A DNA stretch of 64,000 bases from Trichosphaerium sp. ATCC 40318 (lineage: Eukaryota > Protista > Tubulinea), in contig JALMLS010000064.1 of the NCBI GenBank assembly GCA_038496445.1, forward strand, positions 310,001 through 374,000, in the 5' to 3' direction. Shown here piece by piece: positions 51,061-62,378 of this stretch. The notes below the pieces were generated by a model. It worked only from the letters and a program-made list of their open reading frames with translations, ran no database searches and was not told where the DNA came from. How positions within the stretch are numbered: position 1 is the first letter of the stretch; each line of letters begins with the position of its first letter. The position numbers and the translations under genes were made by a program.

Positions 51061-52766
51061 TTAAAATGAAATATGTGGAATGGTCTTATTTTGTTTGCTA
51101 ACAAAATCCGTGATGCATGAAAAAATCTCATCTCTACGTGTTACATTCTCAGCAACGTACTCGTCTTTAGCGTCTTTAAATCTTCGAAAAAAATAAGACA
51201 AAAAAACAAGTCTGTAGAGGCCAAGATGTGAAAAAAAAAAAAAGAATTTGAACTGTAGAACGTACATAAAACTAAACTCGTCTTTACCCTTAACACCGAG
51301 TTGTCTTATATCACTATAAGAGTAACTAGCACGTATAGTCATATCTTCAGGTGCTATACGTTTAACACCAATGCTATCAAACCGAAGAATACGTGTTTGT
51401 TCTTTTTGAAAAAAAACCAGTTAAACAAACGACAACAAACAAAACAAGGGAAACAAGATAAAAGGAGAAAAGAAGAGGAGCAACAACAAAGAAAACGTGT
51501 TTTTTTTAACGTGTTTTGTACGTACTTCGTCCATACCAGTTCTTTCTGAGTACAGCAAAATCAACTACGTCTGGTCCAGGTACCATTTTTGCAACAGGTA
51601 GAGGGTGTAGTCCTTTTTCGTTGTTTGAGATTTTCTTGGCTTTAGGGTTTTCTTTTGGCTTCTCTTGTAGTTGTGATGGTTTCTTTGGATACCACCAATC
51701 AATAAACCCGTATTTAGCGCCTTCTATGCCATCCATTGCCACGTCGAACATACTTTTTTTCTGCTCTACACTATGTTGTGGTGGTACAGGTGATGTTGTA
51801 TCAACTCTGCTTGGTACATCATCTATTTTATCGTTTTTCTCGAACCCAACTGGAAACTCTCCAACAAGAGTCACAGGTTGCTTTATAGGTGTCGGAGATA
51901 ATATATCAGAATGAGCAAACGCCATACTCTCATCACGCCAACCGCTGCCTGGTAATATAGACGCTGGATGGTGAATTTCCGGTAATTTGTCATGCGCGTA
52001 GACAGGATCGTTTTCAGACATGATCTCCTCATGTAGACTACTAATACGATTTGCAACCTCCTCAGACGCAATGCCATTGTTTTTCTAACGTTATAAACCC
52101 ATTAATAAGCTTATTTGTAATAAAACTGAATATAAAAAAAAAGTTCAAATAAAAATCCAGTTTACGAACCAGGTGTTGTTGTATTATATCCAGATCTTCA
52201 GGTACTGGTTCTGATAATCCAGATGGACTTGTGTTAAAAGGAGAAGCAGAAAAATCAAGGGTTGGCGTTCGTGGTCTCTAGTTTATTGAATTAGCGACCT
52301 AATACACAAACGATTACTCACCATAGGCTCTTTTAACCTTACGTCTACGTAGCGAGTGAGTGCAGGCACGTCCTGAGAGGTTTTAGAAGGATTGATTGTA
52401 CTAAGTAAGAACTGGAATTCACCCCATCGCTGTACGTACCCCGATCGTTTCTTCGTTTATCTTTACGAGCGGTGGGTTTCTGTAATCTCCCAGTTCCGCC
52501 AGTACTTCACCAATTTCGTCACTGTTGCGCGTAACGTCTGTTACCGTTATATTTTCGTCTGTAATGCCGATTTTGGCCAATAGATCCTTTGCTTGAAGCA
52601 CACCATCTTTAATTTGCGCAACTTCGTTGATGTTGCCGTCTGGGCGGTACAAGACGTACAAAACCGCTTTTGGGCCATTCGGTTTTGAGTTTTGCTCGCC
52701 CTCGCTATTTGATTCGTTTAATGACTTTATCATATCGGAACTATCATGCGGCGCGTTATCAGCCAT
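51061..52766 (-). CDS. Protein with possible thioredoxin/glutaredoxin-like N-terminus and PH-like C-terminus
   Basis: ORF pieces at 52419-52766, 51506-52021 and 51061-51342 join through introns. Motifs PLVKINEETIG and LRKNWYGR...YSYSDI. Confidence 0.45.
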
Positions 52767-52980
52767 TCAGGGATAATCAATTAAGGCGGTACTTTCATTT
52801 AATTAAGCACAAGCGCTATTTGTTGCCAAATTCCAGATACAGCCTTAGGCTTACTGTGGTCTTCTTAAAAGAGGTATACAACCCTCCTACTCGAATATTT
52901 AAGCCTGTACGGAACTATTTTGACATTAACAAAAAGCCTTACATACGCTAGTAGCACTCGCGTTATTGAGAACAGCAAGA

Positions 52981-53313
52981 ATGGAGCAGGATAGTACGTC
53001 TGAGAGAGATGTCATGCAGCTTGGCACGATGGGTGGAGGAGCTACTGGTTCGACCAGTACGCCGGGAAAAGGCAAACCAACAAGCACTACATCAGCTACG
53101 AACAGTAATTCATGTGGCTCCCAGGCTATAGTTGCCACGGTTTGTTTTATACTGGGCGCCTTGGGTCTCGGTGCATCTGTTGCATTGGTTCCAAAAGATA
53201 AAGACAACCAAGCTGATTATGTTGACGCTTCGTTTCTTTTATTGATGATATGGTATTTACTTTGGGTTATCTTCGCTATGGTACGTATGATAGTTTGGTT
53301 ATTCTACGCTTAG
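52981..53313 (+). CDS. Small membrane protein with two hydrophobic segments
   Basis: Intronless ORF with two predicted TM stretches. Confidence 0.5.
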   Translation: MEQDSTSERDVMQLGTMGGGATGSTSTPGKGKPTSTTSATNSNSCGSQAIVATVCFILGALGLGASVALVPKDKDNQADYVDASFLLLMIWYLLWVIFAMVRMIVWLFYA

Positions 53314-54548
53314 TTGGCGTTATTTTTGTTTTCGCTTCAGAATCACGTGACTTACTTTTTTTTTTTTTCAAGTTGGTTGCTTTTAGCGCTTGTTGTTGTA
53401 GGCGCCAGTGATTATTTCTTTTTGATGATTACTGCGATCTCTGAGTATAAATGAAGCCTTCGTATTTAGATAAAAAACACAAAATACTTACTGTATGTAA
53501 ATAAAGCCAAAGAACTGTAAACAAAAAAAAAACAACAACAACGTAATTTTTACAAAAAATTTGAGCTTTTTTATTTTTGTCGTTTCGCCCAGTCTACTCG
53601 TTCTGTTTTTATCTATAAACATTTTTCCCTTGCCATTGGTTCTACTCTTGATCCATAGCATATCAAAGCAGCATAATATGTTAGCGTACTTACTTGATTT
53701 AAAATTATTTGATTTTCTATTGTAGTAGCCAACTGCGTTAATAAATATTGTGACGCTATCGTGAGGTTGTTTGTAAGGTATTTTAGACCGAATGGTAATG
53801 TAATTGCTGTTTTAACTACTTCATGTTGTTGAAAAGGTGTTTTAAGATATAAATTTGCAACAGCGTGCGCTATAATACGTTAGACGTTGTTTTCGCAATT
53901 CCATAAAAGTAATTTTACTGTAGTACGAAAATACAGTACAACGTACCCACAGGGTTAGTATATCCATGACAAGCAAAAGAACACCATGGGTTTTGGTCGA
54001 ATTTGTAGGTATGGGTAGTATTTGCTGTTGTATCGTTTGTACGTGGTTCCATGGTGTTGTAATGTGATGGTGTGTGGTGAGGGTATTTTATCAAGGAGGA
54101 ACAGGTGGTGTAAAGGATTGTGAGAATGTTACAAAATGAAAAATTCGCCAAATTTCTGCGCCATTTTTTTTTTATTTGTTGAACTAATGTTGTTACCCAC
54201 AACATCCTATATTATCTTTCCAGACGTCGCAGTGACTAACCACTAGGCCAACGCTAATGATTAGATTATTATCTTTGTGCTCATCTTCAAAAAAGCCGAA
54301 ACAGTCAAATACAACATATTGGAAAGGGTGGTGGATAGACAATTGAGTTTATTGGAGGGAAGACGAAAACCGTGGTAAGGTTGGCATGGATGGTGAGATG
54401 AGAACGTATCTCAAAGCCGTATCAGGCAATCCGGACTCATTGGAAAATATGTCGTACTTATTTTCTTCAAAGTTCAGTTTGGGATTTCGTCCTTAACATT
54501 AGAACTCAATTACTTTGTATACGCCATTACCTGTAACTGCGTCAAATC

Positions 54549-56101
54549 ATGAGCTTTATTGGTGTTTCAGTTGAACAAGCCATCACGTACTACAGCAAGA
54601 ACCACACAGAGATATTCAGTAAAATCATTGCAAAGCAACGTGAAACATTCATTTCACAACTAGAAAGTATCTTAAACGTTGTAAACAATGACCTTGTACA
54701 ACAACTAGACCAATATCTCATCAAAAACGCAGAATCACACGTAAGCACCACAAAGCCAAATCCAGAGAGTCCAGAGCTATCAACGTATTCACAAATGAAC
54801 CAATCTTATGATTTAGAGGTGCCAAAACTTAAACACACAAAAGAGTACGTTTCAACGATTTAGAATCTAAACTGACAATCAACAAAAATAATAGAATACA
54901 GAAAATGCACAAGGAATTGAACATTCTGGACTTTCCACCAGAGGTTGTATCAACCATTTTAAGTCATGTAGAACCCAAAGCAAGATTCGCCATTGCTCAG
55001 TCATGTCATTTATTTGCTGATATCATCCATGATGTTGTGGGATATGAAAAAGTGTACATTTATGATATTCCAGATATTTTAAAGATAAGACAATACAACG
55101 GTATCATGAACAACACCAAGGTTACTTTGAATGTGGACAACAATACTCTATATTCATTGTTGTCTGGGTGTAAACACATTAGCACAGACTTTATAAGACG
55201 CAGTGAAGCATTATACAACAAGAGTAGTGTTATAAACGACAATGATCTGAAAGCACTTGCAGGAGTGCATACCATTTGTCTTTTGCGTTGTAGACATGTG
55301 ACAGATGAAGGTATTAAGGCGTTAAAGGGAGTTCACTCTATTGACCTTAGGTCTACTTCAGTATCAGATGAAGGTATCAAAGCGTTGTCAGGTGTGTATG
55401 AGATACATCTTGCTTTTTGTAAAAACATTACAAGCGAAGGTATCAAAGCACTAAAAGGTGTTCATACAATCAACTTAATATCTTGTCCGAATGAGATAGA
55501 TGAAGGCATCAAAGCTTTAACCGGTGTTCATACCATTGACATTTCAAACACCTCTGTTTCAGATGATTGTATAAGTACACTAAAGGGAGCTCATACCATC
55601 TATCTCAATGAATGTAGAAATGTGAGTGATGAAGGTATCAAAACACTGAAAGGTGTTAGCAGTATTTTCCTAAGAAATACTGCAGTAACAGATAAAGGTA
55701 TCAAATATCTTGCTGGTGTTTATGCTATTGATCTGTGTCGTACTACAGTAACAGATGAAGGCATTAAAGCACTTGCTGGGGTTCACGCCATTGACCTTTC
55801 GTACACTTCAGTCACAGACGAAGGTATTAGAGCGCTTGCTGGAGTTCACGCCATCAACCTCCGTGGCACTTTAGCTACAAATGAAGGCATATCTGCGCTG
55901 GTTGATGTTCATACTATTGGTATAACTGATTGTGAACACGTGACAGATGAAGGTATTTTACCACTTTTCAAAAAAGGTCTTTATGCTTGTGACATGTCTG
56001 TTGATAGAGTAATGTACAATAGCGTAGATCTTTGTATGTTCAAAATTGTTCACTACAGGGAACGATTTATAGAACATTCTTTAAACAGCTTCATATGGTA
56101 G
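54549..56101 (+). CDS. F-box-like + LRR protein (intact paralog)
   Basis: Exon 1 MSFIGVSVEQAITYY..., one intron, ILDFPPEVVSTIL, then GVHxIxL...VTDEGIKAL repeats. Confidence 0.85.
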
Positions 56102-56249
56102 CCTGTTGATTTCACATGTAAGACAACAAAATAAAGAGAACTACTATTTTTGGTAAACCTTGAAGTATGTTTATTATTGAACCACAGTGACATGTTTAAC
56201 GTAATGCTGCTATTAACGTACACGGTGACATTTTTACTACTCTCAAACA

Positions 56250-56517
56250 TTCTACTAGGGTTCGGTACTTTTTGGCGTCCACTGCTCTAACGCCATAGCT
56301 TGTAGCATTCGTAAACACTTCTTCCCCGCGTTCTGTACTCTCCATTGAGGTCATTGCCGATGTAGAAGACAAGCGTAGATATCTTTCCGTTATCGTGCCA
56401 AGTGGTACCTATTCCTTCTATGCACCCTTGACGTATTACCACAGCTGTTTCAGTTGGCAGGTTTCAAAACACCTTGTGCTTACCATGTTGTTTTCCATTG
56501 CTGTAATTAAGTAGCAT
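56250..56517 (-). pseudogene. Degraded MORN-repeat gene fragment
   Basis: Minus-strand pieces LNYSNGKQHGKHK* and QGCIEGIGTTWHDNGKISTLVFYIGNDLNGEYRT, broken by a stop. Confidence 0.55.
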
Positions 56518-56561
56518 TCTTTATTGCAAAGTTTCACTCAATCCTAAATACACTCAAACAG

Positions 56562-59500
56562 ATGAATTTACCAGGTGTTTCAATAGAGTGTAAGAGGGTA
56601 AGGTAGTCAAGAGTTGTTGTGTAGCTGTTGTATACTATTTATTATATCTTAAGTGTCACGAATACATTAAGTGTAAGTTGATTGATTTAGTCAACTTTCC
56701 GCCTTACAAGAACTCCCTCATCCTTTAGAATGACGCCCACGTCATTATCCAGTTCTTTATCCTCTGACTTGCTACATGGAAACCTTTATAACCATAGTAA
56801 CCAGAATTTAACTGGAGGCAAATTCTGTAACAATCAGGGATCTCCAACTGATAATACAAATGTATTATTGAGCCTTTCTATAGTATCTACCAATCTGACG
56901 TCTTTAATACTTCTGCTTTTGCTTTAATTCAGTTGTGTGATTCCGTCCTATGATGTTTCCTTTCCAGTATATCTTCAAAGCTTTTTTCTTCTTCCATCTT
57001 TGTCATATTATCTTCCCAATCTCTGCTGAAGCTGTTTCCTAATTGTCATTATTGATTCATTTCATAGAAGGTACTCCCCCTTTTTTAATTCATGTCCTTG
57101 TTGTTCTTTTTCTTCGCAATTATTGGCTTTGCTCCTGAATAATATGATCTCAATCCATGTTAAACGTCACCATTCCTCGTGAAATCATTCCTTGTTAAGG
57201 AAGCTACATCTTTAAGGCTCATCAGCATGCACTCAACTGGTGCTATTATATCTTATGATCGTGTTATCTCCCAATGTACTTTGTACATTCTCTTTAAAAG
57301 GCTCTATGGCCTACGCTCATTGGCGCTAGCTTATCCTTTTGATAGCTATATTTGGAAATTTAAATCCTCTGCCTTATTTGCACATGTATTATAATAATAA
57401 CCTCTGGCCAGAGGGAGGACGATGTCCAAGTACCGGATTTATGTGGCATTCTTTCAGCCAGTTTTATGTGGTATTTTTTCAGCCAATGGCGTTCTTTCAG
57501 CCATTAAATGGTGCAAAACCATAATTCTACCAAGGCCTTGGATTTACGTTGGATGCAGTATTATGAAGTATGCAACTATGCTTCTTCCATCCATTGTGTA
57601 GTATTGTAGCTTTGCTTGCTACATATAGACATACTTTAATGGTAGTGTAGTGATTGTCATCGGATATAATCATTTTAAACCAAGATAGTTGACATTGTAG
57701 TTTTATAAATTACTATGTATCCCACTGCCTTTTGCCATGTTTTCACTAGCTAAATGAAATTCAGGTTCGCATAGGTGATGATAGTAATTTCTTTAACTTC
57801 CAATGCCTATGCATCCTATCTTATGCTTAATAGATCAACCGGGATAACCCATTGTGAAATCTTCGTGAATCTGTAGTAGCTAATTGTCCAGTGGCATGAG
57901 TAGTGGGTGTGGTTCATCAACGTATGTGATGAAATTTGTATCAGCTTAAATACCCTGATCAACAGAAGCAGCATGATCAAAGGACTCCACTACCTGCTTA
58001 AAAGCGCAGTCTGTCGAGGCTTTAAGCATATAAAATATACTCTTCCAGGCGGTCAATAATGAGTTTTAGGTACACAAGTGCCCTAACATGCTCTGACAGA
58101 ACATTACGACATTGCAGGACGGACAAGGGCACGTCTGCCCTATTAGACTGGCAATCATCAAGTTCATTTACCTTTGGAACGTAGACTGCGCAATTTCATA
58201 CCATAGGACATATCAGCTACTCCACAAGCTGCATGCATTGGCCATCATCAAATATCACGTTTATAATAAACAAGCCACGTGTGAACTCGAAAAGCTTCGA
58301 TATAGATCAACTGAGTAAGATATTGCTGCAGTGTTTTCTGAATTTAAAGCCATCTTTGAAAAGTCGTCTATGTTCTTCGCTGTTGATTGATTGTTTTTCA
58401 CAAAGTTCTTAATGCTTCCGTTCTATCAAACGTTGTATCATTTACCATCATTCTCTACTATAGCCGCTTTTGAGGCTTTGCCAGTGTAAACAGACAAGCA
58501 ATGACGTGGCATCTTGATACATTAATATCGTTTACCAGTGCCCTCAGTATGTGTAGTCAAAGATGTGATTGAATTAGAATTCCCGTCTAGTTTAACGCAC
58601 CGTTGTTCCTCCCTGTCTTTCAGATTCAAAGACTGCTGCGTGTCGCCAAATGTAAGAGGGTAAGGTAGTCAAGAGTTGTTGTGTAGCTGTTGTATACTAT
58701 TTATTATATCTTAAGTGTCACGAATACATTAAGTGTAAGTTGATTGATTTAGTCAACTTTCCGCCTTACAAGAGCAAGCAATCACGTACTATCGCAACAA
58801 CCACAAAGAAGAGTTTAGTAAAATCAGCTCAAAACAACGCAAATTGTTCATAAACCAGCTTGGAAATATGTTAAACGTTGCAAACAAGAACCTTTTACAC
58901 CAACTTGACCAATATCTCTTTAAAACCACTGATACGGAGACTTCTACACCCGAAAAGCACACAGTACATTCTAGAGATGTAGCTTCGGCAACAGTACCAA
59001 CAGTTACACCTGTGACGCAGTCCGAGGACTTGTCGCTACCAAAGCACAAGCAAGTAAGAAAGTACGTTCTGATACTGCAACATTCGGGTTACTAACATTG
59101 TACAATTTAAAAGAACACAAACTCGTCCACATAAAGTAGTGAATATTCTTAATTTCCCACCAGAAGTTATATCAGCGATTCTTCATTATACAGAAGCGAA
59201 GTCAAGATTTGCTGTTGCTCAGTCATGTTGTTTGATGGCTGATATCATCCATCATGTTGTTGGATATGAGAGAGTCTATATTTACGATATTCCTGACATC
59301 TTAAAGGTCAGACAGTACAAAGGTGTCATGAATAATAGTATCATTGTGATGAATGTTGAAAACAATACTTTGTATTCATTGTTATCTGGATGTAAATACA
59401 TTGATACTTCATTCAAAAGGACCATCAATGTAAAATTTAAGAAAGATGGAGTTATCAATGATAATGATCTGAAAACACTTGCAGGAGTACATTCTATTTG

Positions 59501-60278
59501 TCTTTATCGTTGTAGAACAATTACAGATGAGGGTCTCAAGGCATTGAAAGGTGTTCATACAATTGACCTTACAACCACTTTGGTGACAGACGATGGAATC
59601 AAAGCACTTGCAGGAGTACATACCATTGACCTTTTGAACTGCAAAAATGTAACAAATGAAGGCATCAAGTCATTAAAGGGTGTTCATACTATCAACCTCA
59701 TTAACAGTGCAGTAACTGATGAAGGTTTAAAACAACTTGCAGGTGTGCACACCATTTATCTTAATGGAACTGCAGTAACAGATGAAGGTATCAAATCACT
59801 GAAGGGTGCTCATACTGTTTTCCTTAAAGCAACATCAGTGACAGATCAAGGTGTGAAAGCACTAAAGGGTGTTCATAGTATTCATCTTGGAGACACTTTA
59901 GTGACAGATGAAGGTATCAAAGCACTTGCAGGTGTTCATACCATTGACCTTGCTCGTACTCCAGTGACAGATGAAGGTGTTAAAGCACTAAAGGGAGTGC
60001 ATGCAATTAATCTTGATGGTACTGCAATTACAGATGAAGGAGTAAGAGCGCTATCAGGTGTTCATACAATTGGTCTTAAAAACTGTGATCAAATTACTGT
60101 TGATGCTTTTCTATCACTAAAAGACCTTCATTTTGTTGAAAAATCCACGTTCAGCCCTAGATTTTCTGAAGATACTTGTCGCCGTCTTGAAAGAGCACGA
60201 GTTCAGCGTGTAGATTACTTAAGTTATTTTATAGATTACTCTTCAAGACAGGGTCACATAGGTATACCTTACCTCTAA
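56562..60278 (+). CDS. F-box-like + LRR paralog with exon 1 interrupted by the LTR element
   Basis: Removing 56589-58774 restores MNLPGVSIE|QAITYYRNNH..., paralogous to the 54549 gene. The F-box/LRR exon (to 60278) is still open. Confidence 0.85.
56589..56708. repeat. LTR (3' LTR in element orientation)
   Basis: TGTAAG...CTTACA, identical to 58651-58770. Confidence 0.95.
58651..58770. repeat. LTR (5' LTR in element orientation)
   Basis: TGTAAG...CTTACA, identical to 56589-56708. Confidence 0.95.
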
Positions 60279-60363
60279 AGTAAAAAGTGTCACACTATGA
60301 ATCGACTATTTAACAATAAATTGTATATTATAGTGAGTTTTACAGATACATTGTTTTCACCAA

Positions 60364-62068
60364 TCAATCCCCATTTTCCAATATGAAGCGTTCCATTAGA
60401 ATTTTACCGTTTGTGTGAGTATACACATATTCGTATTTGGTCTCAGCTTCATAGCATATTCGGCGCTTTAGAATATCATTTTCATAGTACAGATCTTCAT
60501 AAGGTTCACCACTTTCCTTAAATGCTTTCCACTCTCCGTGACGCTTACCGTTGGTGTAATTTTCTACTGCACTAAGCTGACCATTAGAGCTCCATTTTTT
60601 CCTCTCTCCGTTGTAGTAACCATTGACATAATGGCAATGTTCCTTCAACATCCCATTTTCCTGCCATTTTTTATACTCCCCGTCATATTTGTTGTTGATG
60701 TAGTGCCAATGCTCGTCCAACTTACCGTTAGTAAACCACCGTCTGTGCTCCCCACAACGCTCGCCATTGACATAATAGACCTGACTTTCTAATTTGCCGT
60801 TCGCATACCAAGTCTTGGCATCCCCATCCAGTTTACCATTTTTATAAGTAAAAAGCGCTGTTTGCTTTCCATTGTCGTAGCGCATGCATTCTCCATGAAG
60901 TTCCCCGTTTTTATGAAAAGAACGCTCGACCATTTTGCCGTCATTTGTCCATTCCTTTTGTTCTCCGTCTGTGTTGCCATTGACATAATTACGCTCACAA
61001 TTTAATATCCCATTATTAAACCAATGTTTAAAAGTTCCGATTATTTGTCCATCCTGGTAATTAGTATGTACGTCCAATTGGCCATCTTCATACCAAAGGT
61101 TGTACTCCCCGTCTTTCTTACCAGAGCGTAGAAAACACTTCTCGCAGAGGTTGCCATTGGGATGCCAACGTGTGAATCTGCCAACTTTACTATAATAGTA
61201 CAGACATTGCTCCTTTAGTTGACCAGACTCGTACCAAATGTGGTAATCTCCACACTTTTTTCCTTCGAAGAAAAAGCAGTTTTTTAGCAATTGGCCATCG
61301 ACATGCCAATAATAGCACTCCCCGTGTGTGATGCCATTGCGGTAATGTACTTTGAGATTCAATTGCCCATTGGTATAATATAGCTTGCACTTGCCATCTA
61401 GTTTACCATTCACATAGTTGAGGTGTTCTTGCAACTGTCCATTGCTGAACCAACGATTACCCTCTCCTTCTCGTTTATCATTCACATAAGTGTAGAGCGC
61501 TTTCAGTTGCCCATTATTATACCAACTCTTGTACTCTCCTTCTATTTTATCATTCACAAACTTACACTGCTCTTCCAATTGCCCATTATAGTGCCAATCC
61601 TTGGATTCTCCTTCTAGTTTTCCGTTACTGTAATAGCATTTCTCTACCAGCTGTCCGGTTTCGCTATACGATTTGAACTCCCCGTCAAGTTTATCGCTCA
61701 CGTAGTTGGAATGAATTTCTAACTGGCCATTTTCATACCATTGCTTACTGCGTCCATTGCGTTTACCTCGTCGAAAGTGCTGTTCGAGTATTTTTTTTAC
61801 ATTGGGGTAATCAATCACAGTTTTAAACTTCTTCCATATACCGTCCTTGCGGAAGGTAGCATCAAAGCGAGAGCAGGCCGCACGTTTGGATATCAGCGGC
61901 CAATTTATGTATACATCGCTGTAGAAATCGGTTATGTAGAGTTGAAGCTCCATTGGAAGGTTCAACACATGATTCTGGGGTACTTCTGCTTTGTATACCT
62001 ATTTAATTCATTAGAATGTTGACGTTAAATGTGCGTAGTTTGTGTACTCTTTTCGCTTTAGGTGGCAT
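60364..62068 (-). CDS. F-box-like + MORN-variant repeat protein
   Basis: Micro-exon MPPKAKR, intron, VLNLPMELQLYI, then about 18 WYxNGQL...Y.NGK..G repeats in one exon. Confidence 0.85.
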
Positions 62069-62378
62069 GGTATGATGTATACTGGTTTGTAGATAATTAC
62101 GAAGGGTGACTGCTGATATCTGGAAGGTTGTAGAAATGTTTTGTTTATCGCTCTTTTCAATACTTGATTGATTTTTCAATCCGGAAGAAATTCCGTGTAA
62201 AAATTGTTTGACGTTGGTTATGAATTCATTTGGTGTAGGTAATGGCGTATTACAAAGAATGCAAATTAAGTCTCAATTGAGTTCTTGTGTTAAGGACGAA
62301 ATGTCTCTTTAAGTGGGGAGTTTAATGACTTGTGATGACACGTTTATTAAATCAACGGATGCACAGACAAAAATGGAA

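Larger units (their letters stand above)
56589..58770 (-). mobile_element. Non-autonomous LTR retroelement (2,182 bp)
   Basis: Identical 120-bp TG...CA LTRs, AGAG TSD (56585-56588 / 58771-58774), PBS-like TGGCGACACGCAG next to 58650, purine-rich tract next to 56709. No long internal ORF. Confidence 0.92.
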
